A stretch of 64,000 bases of DNA from Macrostomum lignano. Lineage: Eukaryota. The notes beneath the pieces were generated by a model, which was given only the letters and a program-made list of their open reading frames with translations, was not told the DNA's origin and ran no database searches. Location: positions 62,001 to 126,000 of the forward strand of contig NIVC01002601.1 in NCBI GenBank assembly GCA_002269645.1. The letters are read 5' to 3'. Every line of letters begins with the position of its first letter. The stretch's first letter is position 1. Position numbers and translations under genes: made by a program. Positions 51,373 through 64,000 of this stretch are shown piece after piece.

Positions 51373-51748
51373 AAAAGCAAGTGAATGCGTGGAAATATTC
51401 TAACAAAAAATAGAAGCGCATGTTTGTTAGAGCCTGCAAGAGTTATGAAGACTTGGTGAGTTTATTAAAAAAAATTTTCATTTAGATACATGTAATAATA
51501 ATGCTTGTGGTCTGATCTAACCAAAACTCAATGTTGCCTAATTATTTCACCACAGTGTGAACAGTAAGAAACATGTCTGCATCATACTACTGATATATAC
51601 ACTGCAGTAGTGTCAGTCGATCTGCATAGAAATAGTTTTAAATTTTTTGCTTAATTATGGCTAGTTGCAGGTATACTAGTCAAAAAGAAAAAGTTGCTGC
51701 GTAACGCTACTTAGAAGAGCAGTAGCAAAATTGAATATTGTCAGATTT

Positions 51749-51906
51749 TTAATCGTAGCTTGGCAGCACGTTATCGGCAAATTGGCCGGCCAGATTTCCG
51801 CCAGGCCGGTAAAAGCAGGCGGCGTACTGGTCTCCGGTGTCCGGGTCCACGGCCAGCCCGACGCCCAGGTCCTCGGAGGAGCACCAAACCAGCTGGCTGA
51901 AGTGAC
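51749..51906 (-). CDS. GAPR-1/GLIPR2-like tandem CAP-domain protein, exon 4 (end of CAP domain 2)
   Basis: Acceptor ttcacaacag, phase 1. GHFSQLVWCSSEDLGVGLA...ACFYRPGGNLAGQFADNVLP, then TAA. Confidence 0.93.
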
Positions 51907-51959
51907 CTGTTGTGAAAATAATGCATTTTGGAATGCACCACATCATGATACCAGCAAAA

Positions 51960-52500
51960 CCAGACCCTAGTACGCACGGAACCAACCCTACATACACACG
52001 GAACCAAACCCTACATGCACACGGAACCAAACCCTACATACACACGGAACCAAACCCTACATAGACACGGAACCAAACCCTACATACACACGGAACCAAA
52101 CCCTACATAGACACGGAACCAAACCCTACATACACACGGAACCAAACCCTACATACACACGGAACCAAACCCTACATACACACGGAACCAAACCCTACAT
52201 AGACACGGAACCAAACCCTACATACACACGGAACCAAACCCTACATACACACGTAACCAAACCCTACATACACACGGAACCAGACCCTACATACACACGG
52301 AACCAGACCCAATGTACACACGGAAACAGACCCTACATACACACGGAACCAAACCCTACATACACACGGAAACAGACCCTACATACACACGGAACCAAAC
52401 CCTACATACACACGGAACCAGACCCAATGTACACACGGAACCAAACCCTACATACACACGGAACCAGACCCTACATACACACGGAACCAAACACACGGAA
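51960..52500. repeat. 23-bp minisatellite (ACATACACACGGAACCAAACCCT) in CAP gene intron 3
   Basis: accaaac recurs at 52141 and 52164. Confidence 0.96.
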
Positions 52501-52555
52501 CTCTACTCTGGATACCTACAGACCAGCCTATCCACACCCCCAGAAGGTAAAGGTA

Positions 52556-52735
52556 ACAGCCCCAAACGGCCCTCAGAGGGTAGAGATGCCAGCCCCAAAC
52601 GGCCCTCCGAGGGTAGAGATGCCAGCCCCAAACGGCCCTCCGAGGGTAGAGATGCCAGCCCCAAACGGCCCTCAGAGGGTAGAGATGCCAGCCCCAAACG
52701 GCCCTCAGAGGGTAGAGATGCCAGACCAAGCCCGG
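52556..52735. repeat. 33-bp repeat (GCCAGCCCCAAACGGCCCTCAGAGGGTAGAGAT), about 5 copies, in CAP gene intron 3
   Basis: 11-aa period (PKRPSEGRDAS). Confidence 0.94.
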
Positions 52736-52743
52736 CTACGCAC

Positions 52744-53538
52744 CTCCGCATATGTCGCCAGGGTCGGGCCTCCCGAAGTCGAACCGGTGTCTCTCGCCGT
52801 ACCACTGCAGCACCAGCTGCCTGCCAGCCTGCCGCCAGTCCCACCCGCTGGTGTCCTCCGCCGGCCTCTTCGCGATATTCTGCCCAACGCTGGCGTCGTT
52901 GAAGTCCTCGGCTGGGCGATGCTGCAGCCTCCCCGACTGGCTGAGCAACTCGGCCCAGCTCTGCGCCAGCCGGTCCAAAGACTTCGATCGGCGAAGCTCC
53001 GGAGCTCCGTGCCTCCTGCGCAGCTCGTTGTGCTGCTTGGCCACCTCGTCAGCGAATGTCTCTCTAAGCTCGGCGTCGTCTTCGCCGCCGCCGTCATTGC
53101 CAGACACCGTCGGCGGAGCGGCAAAATTTCGACGAAATCGAGTCGGCTGGATGATCATCTCCTGGCCGATGTCGGGGCGCGCCGGCTGGGAGCCGCCGTC
53201 CTGACTAGTCGTGGTCTCCTTCGACAGCTGGTAGCGACTTCCGTCCGGCCTGGCGAAGGTCACCGTCACCGTCACGGTCTTCTCGCCGTTCACAATTCGA
53301 GTTTTCGTGGCTTTGCCAACCGGCCGGTCACTCGGATCGGCCGGGTCGGGTTCCTGGCCGCCTCCTTGGCTGATGACTGACTGCTGGGGCTGCTGCGGCT
53401 GCTGCGGCTGCTGCTTGATGTACTGCTGTGGCTGCTGCGGCTGCTGCTTGATGTACTGCTGCGGCTGCTGCGGCTGCTGCTTGATGTACTGCTGCGGCTG
53501 CTGCGGCTGCTGCTGCTGCTGCGAGCTTTGGCCGCCCA
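52744..53538 (-). CDS. Tandem CAP-domain protein, exon 3 (Gln-rich linker and first part of CAP domain 2)
   Basis: Acceptor cacgaacag, phase 1. QQYIKQQPQQP repeats; KQHNELRRRHGAPEL, AQSWAE, LQH, GQNIA, WYGE. Donor GAG|GTGCGT at 52743, phase 1. Confidence 0.92.
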
Positions 53539-53569
53539 CTGTTCGTGACAAGGGACTGGATAATGCTCC

Positions 53570-54065
53570 ACCTGTCCATTCTTTTCATCTGCAGTCTCAC
53601 TCCATCTTTATCTATAGTCTCTCTTACCCATCTCATCTACAGGCTCTCTTTTCCTCATCTCATCTCCAGTCTCTCTCTCTCATCTCATCTCCAGTCTCCT
53701 TCCCCATCTCATCTCCAGTCTCTCTCTCTCATCTCATCTCCAGTCTCTCTTCCCCATCTCATCTCCAGTCTCTCTCTCTCTCATCTCATCTCCAGTCTCT
53801 CTTCCCCATCTCATCTCCAGTCTCTCTCTCTCTCATCTCATCTCCAGTCTCTCTTCCTCATCTAATCTCCAGTCTCTCTTCCCCATCTCATCTCCAGTCT
53901 CTCTCTCTCATCTCATCTCCAGTCTCTCTTCCCCATCTCATCTCCAGTCTCTCTCTCTCTCATCTCATCTCCAGTCTCTCTTCCTCATCTAATCTCCAGT
54001 CTCTCTTCCGTATCTCATTTCCAGTCTCTCTTTCCCATCTCATCTCCAGTCTCTCTTCCCCTTCT
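53570..54065. repeat. CT-rich repeat of about 25-27 bp (TCTCATCTCCAGTCTCTC...) in CAP gene intron 2
   Basis: Recurrent catctccagtctctc. Confidence 0.92.
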
Positions 54066-54141
54066 CATTGCAGCTCATTCTCTGAATCTTCAACCTTGCA
54101 GAATGAAACGATTTAACAATTTATGTCATCTTGGCACTCAC

Positions 54142-54327
54142 TGATATCGTCGCGCGTCGGCACCCAAATCTCACCAGACAGGGGCGCGGGAATGTTGGCG
54201 CGCCACTTGTTCATGAAGTTTCCCGGGGGAGAGTACTGCCCGACTGTAAACATCTTGCCGTCTGGTGCCATCGCCTTCCCGAAGCCGGCCTCCTTGGTGC
54301 TCTTCCACACCACCTGAGAGAAGTGAC
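54142..54327 (-). CDS. Tandem CAP-domain protein, exon 2 (end of CAP domain 1)
   Basis: Acceptor ttaactgcag. GHFSQVVWKSTKEAGFGKA...VGQYSPPGNF. Donor A|GTGAGT at 54141, phase 1. Confidence 0.94.
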
Positions 54328-54374
54328 CTGCAGTTAACACGGGACAGCAGATAATTGCAGCATCGATGCCCCAG

Positions 54375-55190
54375 GTAGATAATCGGTGCCCCAGACCCTC
54401 CACCCCAGCCAGGTAGATAATTAGAGCATCGGTGCCCCAGCCCCTCCACCCCAGCCAGGTAGATAATTACAGCATCGGTGCCCCCAGCCCCTCCACCCCA
54501 GCCAGGGATATAACTACAGCATCGGTGCCCCCAGCCCCTCCACCCCAGCCAGGGATATAACTACAGCATCGGTGCCCCAGCCCCTCCACCCCAGCCAGGT
54601 AGATAATTACAGCATCGGTGCCCCAGCCCCTCCACTCCAGCCAGGGAGATAACTACAGCATCGGTGCCCCCAGCCCTTCCACTCCAGCCAGGGAGATAAC
54701 TACAGCATCGGTGCCCCAGCCCCTCCACCCCAGCCAGGGATATAACTACAGCATCGGTGCCCCAGCCCCTCCACCCCAGCCAGGGATATAACTACAGCAT
54801 CGGTGCCCCCAGCCCCTCCACCCCAGCCAGGGATATAACTACAGCATCGGTGCCCCAGCCCCTCCACCCCAGCCAGGTAGATAATTACAGCATCGGTGCC
54901 CCAGCCCCTCCACTCCAGCCAGGGAGATAACTACAGCATCGGTGCCCCCAGCCCTTCCACTCCAGCCAGGGAGATAACTACAGCATCGGTGCCCCAGCCC
55001 CTCCACCCCAGCCAGGGAGATAACTACAGCATCGGTGCCCCAGCCCCTCCACCCCAGCCAGGTAGATAATTACAGCATCGTTGCCCTAGCCCCTCCACTC
55101 CAGCCAGGGAGATAATTACAGCACCGGTTTCCCCAGCCCCTCCACCCCAGCCAGGCAGGTAACTACAGCATCGGTGCCCCAGCCAGGCAG
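54375..55190. repeat. 46-47-bp minisatellite (CAGCATCGGTGCCCCAGCCCCTCCACCCCAGCCAGGGATATAACTA) filling CAP gene intron 1
   Basis: About 17 head-to-tail copies with no unique spacers. Confidence 0.96.
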
Positions 55191-55206
55191 GTAGTTCTCA
55201 ACTCAC

Positions 55207-55630
55207 CGCAATTCATCTGGTTCTCTCCACCGTTGAAGTCGTACATCTCAATCTCCGAGTACCACTGCGCCGTGCACTGACTGCCCCTGTACTCCTGACT
55301 GCCCTGCACCATCTTCATGGCTATGTTCTCGCCGTAGCTGCCTCTCGGGTTGGGCGTGCTGTGCTGCAGCCGGCCAAGACTGGCCAGGTGGTTGGCCCAA
55401 GCCTGAGCACTCCTAGCCAGCTTCTCCGACAGCTCCAACGGTGGACAGCCGTGCAGTTCCCGGCATTCGTTGTGCGCCTCCAGGCACTCCTCGTTGAACT
55501 CTTCGTCAACGACGATTGGAGCGGAATTGGTCCGCTGCTCAAGCTGCTGCTCAAGCTGCTGCTCAAGCTGCTGCTCAAACTGCTGCTCAAGCTGCTGCTC
55601 CATCTGCTGCTCCATTTCGAGTTCAGACAT
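55207..55630 (-). CDS. Tandem CAP-domain protein, exon 1 (EQQL repeats and first part of CAP domain 1); total 520 aa
   Basis: EAHNECRELHGCPPL, AQAWA, LQHS, YGENIA, WYSEIEMYDF. Donor G|GTGAGT at 55206. The four exons sum to 1563 nt. A further upstream coding exon cannot be excluded. Confidence 0.93.
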
Positions 55631-55762
55631 ATCTAGGCTTGAAAGCTTGTTAGAAGCTAAAACAACCGAGTGCAGGCTGTGAGCTAGGTTGACCCCTGCG
55701 CCTACTATTCACAGTCGTCGTTTTTATTTCTATCCATTTTTCTAGACTTTTTGTTCTATAGA

Positions 55763-55787
55763 AGAGAGAGAGAGAGAGAGAGAGAGA
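55763..55787. repeat. (AG)n microsatellite
   Basis: Direct reading of the sequence. Confidence 0.95.
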
Positions 55788-56174
55788 CCGAAGGTGGGCA
55801 AACTTGGCGCTTAGCTTAGACCAAAGTATTATTCTGTGTAGAATAGCTATCTGTCTTATTCTTTACCAAGCATGGGCACACAGATGGGTCTGATAAGTAA
55901 ACATCTTTTCATTGTGAGGCGAAGAATGCCAAGAATCTTTCTGACGCAGCCCCACCCGCCCCTCTGCTTGGCTAACTATTACAAAACTGTTTAAAATACT
56001 GGTTCGGTTATTAGATACGACTCTTTTACGGGATTTTACGGGAAACCGGTTGGTAAGGACGGAAACGCCCCAGTGCTGTCCCGCAAGGGTTGTTGAAATT
56101 CTGCTGTTTTCTACTCAAATTTCTAGATAATTTTACTCTACCTGGAATACGATCGCTAAAAGAATATATGATAA

Positions 56175-57425
56175 GTCGTATGGATCCCTTCCCCAAAGTC
56201 CTTATGGATCCCTACGACCTCCACTAAGTCCCTATGGATCCCTATCATCCACTAAGTCCCTATGGATCCCTATGACCTCCACTAAGTCCTTATGGATCCC
56301 TATGACCTCCACTAAGTCCTTATGGATCCCTATGACCTCCACTAAGTCCTTATGGATCCCTATGACCTCCACTAAGTCCTTATGGATCCCTATGACATCC
56401 ACTAAGTCCCTATGGATCCCTATGACATCCACTAAGTCCCTATGGATCCCTATGGCCTCCAATAAGTCCTTATGGATCCCTATGACCTCCACTAAGTCCC
56501 TATGGATCCCCACGACCTCCACTAAGTCCCTATGGATCCCTATGACATCCACTAAGTCCCTATGGATCCCTATGACCTCCACTAAGTCCTTATGGATCCC
56601 TATGACCTTCACTAAGTCCTTATGGATCCCTATGACCTTCACTAAGTCCTTATGGATCCCTATGACCTCCACTAAGTCCCTATGGATCCCTATCATCCAC
56701 TAAGTCCCTATGGATCCCTATGGATCCCTATGACCTCCACTAAGTCCTTATGGATCCCTATGACATCCACTAAGTCCCTATGGATCCCTATGACCTCCAC
56801 TAAGTCCTTATGGATCCCTATGACCTTCACTAAGTCCTTATGGATCCCTATGACCTTCACTAAGTCCTTATGGATCCCTATGACCTCCACTAAGTCCTTA
56901 TGGATCCCTATGACATCCACTAAGTCCCTATGGATCCCTATGACATCCACTAAGTCCCTATGGATCCCTATGACCTCCACCAAGTCCCTATGGATCCCTA
57001 TGGCCTCCAATAAGTCCTTATGGATCCCTATGACCTTCACTAAGTCCTTATGGATCCCTATGACCTCCACTAAGTCCCTATGGATCCCTATGACCTCCAC
57101 TAAGTCCCTATGGATCCCTATGACCTCCACTAAGTCCTTATGGATCCCTATGACCTTCACTAAGTCCTTATGGATCCCTATGACCTCCACTAAGTCTTTA
57201 TGGATCCCTATGACCTTCACTAAGTCCTTATGGATCCCTATGACCTTCACTAAGTCCTTATGGATCCCTATGACCTCCACTAAGTCTTTATGGATCCCTA
57301 TGGCCTCCAATAAGTCCTTATGGATCCCTATGACCTCCACTAAGTCCCTATGGATCCCCACGACCTCCACTAAGTCCCTATGGATCCCTATGACCTCCAC
57401 TAAGTCCCTATGGATCCCTATGACC
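56175..57425. repeat. 30-bp minisatellite (TATGGATCCCTATGACCTCCACTAAGTCCT)
   Basis: 10-aa period (MTSTKSLWIP). Confidence 0.97.
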
Positions 57426-57660
57426 TAATTATCACAGTTGACACCTATACGAGCGTGTACCAATTCTATCAAGCACCGGTGAAACCAAATTGGTTAAAAA
57501 AACACAAAAAGTAGCACATTAAATCTTTACATTCGTACGTCAACGATTTTCACCATAGACTTCCAGACCAAACTTTTCATAAATTTGAACGGTAAGACAC
57601 GTACATTACTTAATCATTCATGCAATTATAAATCATTGGTTTAAAAAGCAAAAAATCGCC

Positions 57661-57921
57661 ATGTCATTCAGCATAAAAGAGTTTTATAGCCTCAGCACTA
57701 AGGAGAAGACTGCAGACTATGTATTCTACAAGCAGCCACTGGTCATTGTAGTTCTGGTTATCCTACTGCTCCTACTGCTGATTGTCACTCTGGAAAATCT
57801 TGTGCTGCTTTACCAGCGAATTCTACTTCACAGAAGGCAGAACGTGCTCAGAAACAAAGTGAAGGCTCGCTTCCAGGAGATGCAGCACGACCAGGATTCT
57901 GTGACAGAAAACAGAGCGTGA
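57661..57921 (+). CDS. Putative small single-pass membrane protein (86 aa)
   Basis: ATG in a tcgccATG context. Strong hydrophobic helix PLVIVVLVILLLLLLIVTLENLVLLY, followed by a basic segment (RILLHRRQNVLRNKVKAR). Non-repetitive sequence. Confidence 0.55.
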   Translation: MSFSIKEFYSLSTKEKTADYVFYKQPLVIVVLVILLLLLLIVTLENLVLLYQRILLHRRQNVLRNKVKARFQEMQHDQDSVTENRA

Positions 57922-58149
57922 CGTTCGTTTAACTTTTTAAAAGATTCTGTGTGCTTAATTCTGATTAAAATGTCGCTAAAGTTGTGTGATCAGGATTTAC
58001 ATGTAAAGCTAGAATATAACGTCATTAATCTGTGTTTTGATTCCTCAATGCTTACGTGCCAGAACTTTATATATGCTTATTAGCTACATGTAGCTGCTCG
58101 TTCAACATCTTGTCACCTAGCTGTAGCTGTAGCACCCCCCCCCCCCCTG

Positions 58150-58540
58150 TTCCAGTGAGCTGCAGCCCCTCCCCAATTCCAGTGAGCTGCAGCCCCTCCC
58201 CAATTCCAGTGAGCTGCAGCCCCTCCCCAATTCTATGAGCTGCAACCTTTCCTTGATTGCAGTGAGCTGCAGCCCCTCCCCAATTCCAGTGAGCTGCAGC
58301 CCCTCCCCAATTCTATGAGCTGCAACCTTTCCTTGATTGCAGTGAGCTGCAGCCCCTCCCCAATTCCAGTGAGCTGCAGCCCCTCCCCAAGTCCAGTGAG
58401 CTGCAGCCCCTCCCCAATTCCAGTGAGCTGCAGCCCCTCCCCAATTCCAGTGAGCTGCAGCCCCTCCCCAATTCCAGTGAGCTGCAGCCCCTCTCCAATT
58501 CCAGTGAGCTGCAGCCCCTCCCCAATTCCAGTGAGCTGCT
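58150..58540. repeat. 27-bp minisatellite (CCAGTGAGCTGCAGCCCCTCCCCAATT)
   Basis: 9-aa period (SCSPSPIPV). Confidence 0.95.
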
Positions 58541-59629
58541 ATCTACCAAATTCATGCTTCTCTGCAGCTATTCAACATGCTGCACTGTTTTTAAACTCCT
58601 ATTTTCCCGTCTCAATGCCTCCCGTTTGATCGTTTTTGAAATGGCCGAAAACAATAAAAAACGTTGAAATCGAAATGAAATGACTGCTCCTTCTACGGTC
58701 CAGCTGTTCCGAGTGGGCGCGATGCATTTATGCCAAGTTAATTGGGATATTTTTACCTGTACAGGCAATGCTAAACAGTATTCTGCTTGAATGCAAGGGC
58801 GGCGGGCGCACTGAAGAAGACGGCAAAATAACAAAGCAGTTGATTCTACACCGACAAAGGTTTGCTCCACAATGGGTGGCGAAAACAATAGGTTATTGTT
58901 CTCCACCAAGCTGCAGTCATCGCAGCGGAGCGGATCACACTCAGCTCAGGGGTTTTTCTCGTAGCCAATTTTTTCTTGCAGCGGAAAGCAGTTAGCTGTG
59001 GAAAATAAAAACTATTTTTTTAAATTGATTTTTTCTGCTGTTGCTGTTTCTGCTGCCGATTTCTGGAAACAATTAAAAGCAACTCTGCTTTGTTGCAATT
59101 GTGAGCAGCGGCTTCTTCAAGACAGTTGACTGCTGCTGGGAAGCTGAATAAAGCCCATTGAGTCTGTGCTATTGTTTGCGCATAATACCAGACTGGGTTT
59201 TCTTTGTCTTGCCTAATATAATACTCATTTACAATCCTTCTGTGGGGGGGGGGCGCCGCGATCCCCTCTTCTAATTGGGGAGTCGATTGCTGCGATGCGC
59301 AATAGATTTTGTTGATTTATCTCAATCCGTTAAGACTTTTTTGCGGCATGAATTTTGAGCAGTTTTTTATTGTTCTGTCCTGTTCCTCTCAGCTGCTGAG
59401 AGAGTATTTAATTTTCTAATAATTATAAATAGTAAAACAAATGACATAACTTTTGTCGGCTGTGTTTAATAAGATGTGTACTTGGGTATATTTTTGCAAA
59501 AAAGAAGTTTATTTCACAATATAAGAGTAAGACACCAAGACACATTAATGTTACTGAAAACATTATAAATTAAATTTTGATTTTGTAATCCACGACATGA
59601 CAGCAACAGGTAGTCAATTAACTGAGAAT

Positions 59630-62600
59630 TATCTATCAATTAACTGAGGATTATCTATCAATTAACTGAGGATTATATATCAATGAACTGAGGATTATCT
59701 ATCAATTAACTGAGGATTATCTATCAATTAACTGAGAATTATCTATCAATTAACTGAGGATTATCTATCAATTAACTGAGGATTATCTATCAATTAACTG
59801 AGGATTATCTATCAATTAACTGAGGATTATCTATCAATTAACTGAGGATTATCTATCAATTAACTGAGGATTATATATCAATGAACTGAGGATTATCTAT
59901 CAATTAACTGAGGATTATCTATCAATTAACTGAGAATTATCTATCAATTAACTGAGGATTATCTATCAATTAACTGAGGATTATCTATCAATTAACTGAG
60001 GATTATCTATCAATTAACTGAGGATTATCTATCAATTAACTGAGGATTATCTATCAATTAACTGAGGATTATATATCAATTAACTGAGGATTATATATCA
60101 ATTAACTGAGGATTATCTATCAATTAACTGAGGATTATCTATCAATTAACTGAGGATTATATATCAATTAACTGAGGATTATCTATAAATTAACTGAGGA
60201 TTATCTATCAATTAACTGAGGATTATATATCAATTAACTGAGGATTATCTATCAATTAACTGAGGATTATATATCAATTAACTGAGGATTATATATCAAT
60301 GAACTGAGGATTATCTATAAATTAACCGAGGATTATATATCAATTAACTGAGGATTATCGATCAATTAACTGGGGATTATCTATCAACTAACTGATGATT
60401 ATCTATCAATTAACTGAGGATTATATATCAATTAACTGAGGATTATATATCAATTAACTGAGGATTATCGATCAATTAACTGGGGATTATCTATCAACTA
60501 ACTGATGATTATCTATCAATTAACTGAGGATTATATATCAATTAACTGAGGATTATATATCAATTAACTGAGGATTATCTATCAATTAACTGAGGATTAT
60601 CTATCAATTAACTGAGGATTATCTATCAATTAACTGAGGATTATATATCAATGAACTGAGGATTATATATCAATGAACTGAGGATTATCTATCAATTAAC
60701 CGAGGATTATATATCAATTAACTGAGGATTATCGATCAATTAACTGGGGATTATCGGTCAACTAACTGATGATTATCTATCAATTAACTGAGGATTATAT
60801 ATCAATTAACTGAGGATTATATATCAATTAACTGAGGATTATCTATCAATTAACTGAGGATTATATATCAATTAACTGAGGATTATATATCAATTAACTG
60901 AGGATTATCTATCAATTAACTGAGGATTATATATCAATGAACTGAGGATTATATATCAATGAACTGAGGATTATCTATCAATTAACTGAGGATTATCTAT
61001 CAATTAACTGAGGATTATATATCAATGAACTGAGGATTATATATCAATGAACTGAGGATTATCTATCAATTAACTGAGGATTATCTATCAATTAACTGAG
61101 GATTATCTATCAATTAACTGAGGATTATATATCAATTAACTGAGGATTATATATCAATTAACTGAGGATTATATATCAATTAACTGAGGATTATATATCA
61201 ATTAACTGAGAATTATCTATCAATTAACTGAGGATTATCTATCAATTAACTGAGGATTATCTATCAATTAACTGAGGATTATATATCTATTAACTGAGGA
61301 TTATATATCAATTAACTGAGGATTATATATCAATTAACTGAGGATTATCTATCAATTAACTGAGGATTATCTATCAATTAACTGAGGATTATCTATCAAT
61401 TAACTGAGGATTATATATCTATTAACTGAGGATTATCTATCAATTAACTGAGGATTATCTATCAATTAACTGAGGATTATCTATCAATTAACTGAGGATT
61501 ATCTATCAATTAACTGAGGATTATATATCAATGAACTGAGGATTATCTATCAATTAACTGAGGATTATATATCAATGAACTGAGGATTATCTATCAATTA
61601 ACTGAGGATTATCTATCAATTAACTGAGAATTATCTATCAATTAACTGAGGATTATCGAACAACTAATTGAGGATTATATATCAATCAACTGAGGATTAT
61701 CTATCAATTAACTGAGGATTATCTATCAATTAACTGAGGATTATCTATCAATTAACTGAGGATTATCTATCAATTAACTGAGGATTATATATCAATGAAC
61801 TGAGGATTATCTATCAATTAACTGAGGATTATCTATCAATTAACTGAGAATTATCTATCAATTAACTGAGGATTATCTATCAATTAACTGAGGATTATCT
61901 ATCAATTAACTGAGGATTATCTATCAATTAACTGAGGATTATCTATCAATTAACTGAGGATTATCTATCAATTAACTGAGGATTATATATCAATTAACTG
62001 AGGATTATATATCAATTAACTGAGGATTATCTATCAATTAACTGAGGATTATCTATCAATTAACTGAGGATTATATATCAATTAACTGAGGATTATCTAT
62101 AAATTAACTGAGGATTATCTATCAATTAACTGAGGATTATATATCAATTAACTGAGGATTATCTATCAATTAACTGAGGATTATATATCAATTAACTGAG
62201 GATTATATATCAATGAACTGAGGATTATCTATAAATTAACCGAGGATTATATATCAATTAACTGAGGATTATCGATCAATTAACTGGGGATTATCTATCA
62301 ACTAACTGATGATTATCTATCAATTAACTGAGGATTATATATCAATTAACTGAGGATTATATATCAATTAACTGAGGATTATCTATCAATTAACTGAGGA
62401 TTATCTATCAATTAACTGAGGATTATCTATCAATTAACTGAGGATTATATATCAATGAACTGAGGATTATATATCAATGAACTGAGGATTATCTATCAAT
62501 TAACCGAGGATTATATATCAATTAACTGAGGATTATCGATCAATTAACTGGGGATTATCGGTCAACTAACTGATGATTATCTATCAATTAACTGAGGATT

Positions 62601-63965
62601 ATCTATCAATTAACTGAGGATTATATATCAATTAACTGAGGATTATCTATCAATTAACTGAGGATTATATATCAATTAACTGAGGATTATATATCAATTA
62701 ACTGAGGATTATCTATCAATTAACTGAGGATTATATATCAATGAACTGAGGATTATATATCAATGAACTGAGGATTATCTATCAATTAACTGAGGATTAT
62801 CTATCAATTAACTGAGGATTATATATCAATGAACTGAGGATTATATATCAATGAACTGAGGATTATCTATCAATTAACTGAGGATTATCTATCAATTAAC
62901 TGAGGATTATCTATCAATTAACTGAGGATTATATATCAATTAACTGAGGATTATATATCAATTAACTGAGGATTATATATCAATTAACTGAGGATTATAT
63001 ATCAATTAACTGAGAATTATCTATCAATTAACTGAGGATTATCTATCAATTAACTGAGGATTATCTATCAATTAACTGAGGATTATATATCTATTAACTG
63101 AGGATTATATATCAATTAACTGAGGATTATATATCAATTAACTGAGGATTATCTATCAATTAACTGAGGATTATCTATCAATTAACTGAGGATTATCTAT
63201 CAATTAACTGAGGATTATATATCTATTAACTGAGGATTATCTATCAATTAACTGAGGATTATCTATCAATTAACTGAGGATTATCTATCAATTAACTGAG
63301 GATTGTCTATCAATTAACTGAGGATTATCTATCAATTAACTGAGGATTATCTATCAATTAACTAACTGAGGATTATCTATCAATTAACTGAGGATTATCG
63401 AACAACTAACTGAGGATTATCGAACAACTAATTGAGGATTATATATCAATCAACTGAGGATTATCTATCAATTAACTGAGGATTATATATCAATTAACTG
63501 AGGATTATCTATCAATTAAGTGAGGATTATCTATCAATTAACTGAGGATTATCTATCAATTAACTGAGGATTATCTATCAATTAACTGAGGATTGTCTAT
63601 CAATTAACTGAGGATTATCTATCAATTAACTGAGGATTATCTATCAATTAACTGAGGATTATCTATCAATTAACTGAGGATTATCGATCAACTAACTAAC
63701 TGGGGATCATCGATCAACTAACTAACTGGGGATCATCGATCAACTAACTGAGGATTATCTATAAATTAACTGAGGATTATCTATCAATTAACTGAGGATT
63801 GTCTATCAATTAACTGAGGATTATCTATCAATTAACTGAGGATTATCTATCAATTAACTGAGGTCTATCTATCAATTAACTGAGGATTATCTATCAATTA
63901 ACTGAGGATTATCTATCAATTAACTGAGGATTATATATCAATTAACTGAGGATTATCTATCAATC
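59630..63965. repeat. 22-bp satellite (ATCAATTAACTGAGGATTATCT), about 195 units, with a higher-order duplication of about 1.8-1.9 kb
   Basis: The variant marker tcggtcaact occurs at 60754 and 62558 (82 units apart), and ctataaattaaccgag at 60315 and 62229 (87 units apart). Confidence 0.98.
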
Positions 63966-64000
63966 AACCACTTAACTGATGATTACCTGTAAATAAACTT

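Noticed and set aside
59630-63965. CTGAGGA in the satellite unit resembles the hammerhead ribozyme core CUGANGA
   Set aside because: There is no GAAA partner motif and no flanking helices.

Overview
Eukaryotic (metazoan) genomic DNA with spliceosomal GT-AG introns, GC-rich Ala/Gly-rich exons and a very high density of mini- and microsatellites. No prokaryotic features and no CRISPR array. The style and gene content suggest a free-living flatworm such as Macrostomum, but this is inference and was not searched. Well-supported spliced genes, with junction phases checked by hand: an NPY/NPF-type GPCR (2 exons, 549 aa, +), SLC12A8/CCC9 (4 exons, 683 aa, +), a divergent FMRFamide/srw-like GPCR (2 exons, 412 aa, -) and a GAPR-1/GLIPR2-like protein with two CAP domains (4 exons, 520 aa, -). 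Plausible orphan genes: a four-TM protein, a two-exon MGNC-initiated protein, two small single-pass membrane ORFs, and probably a hidden small-exon gene on the minus strand at about 37-45 kb. Mobile elements: the 3' end of a LOA-like LINE with intact RNase H, two RTE-like LINE fragments, a tRNA-derived SINE with a CORE/Nin/Deu-like central domain, and a hAT-type MITE with an 8-bp TSD. The main structural signal is that all nine introns of the five two- to four-exon gene models are filled by tandem arrays, mostly of 20-27 bp units. In several cases the arrays on either side of an exon are related to each other, directly or as nested inverted pairs. Most long ORFs in the supplied track are translations of these arrays.
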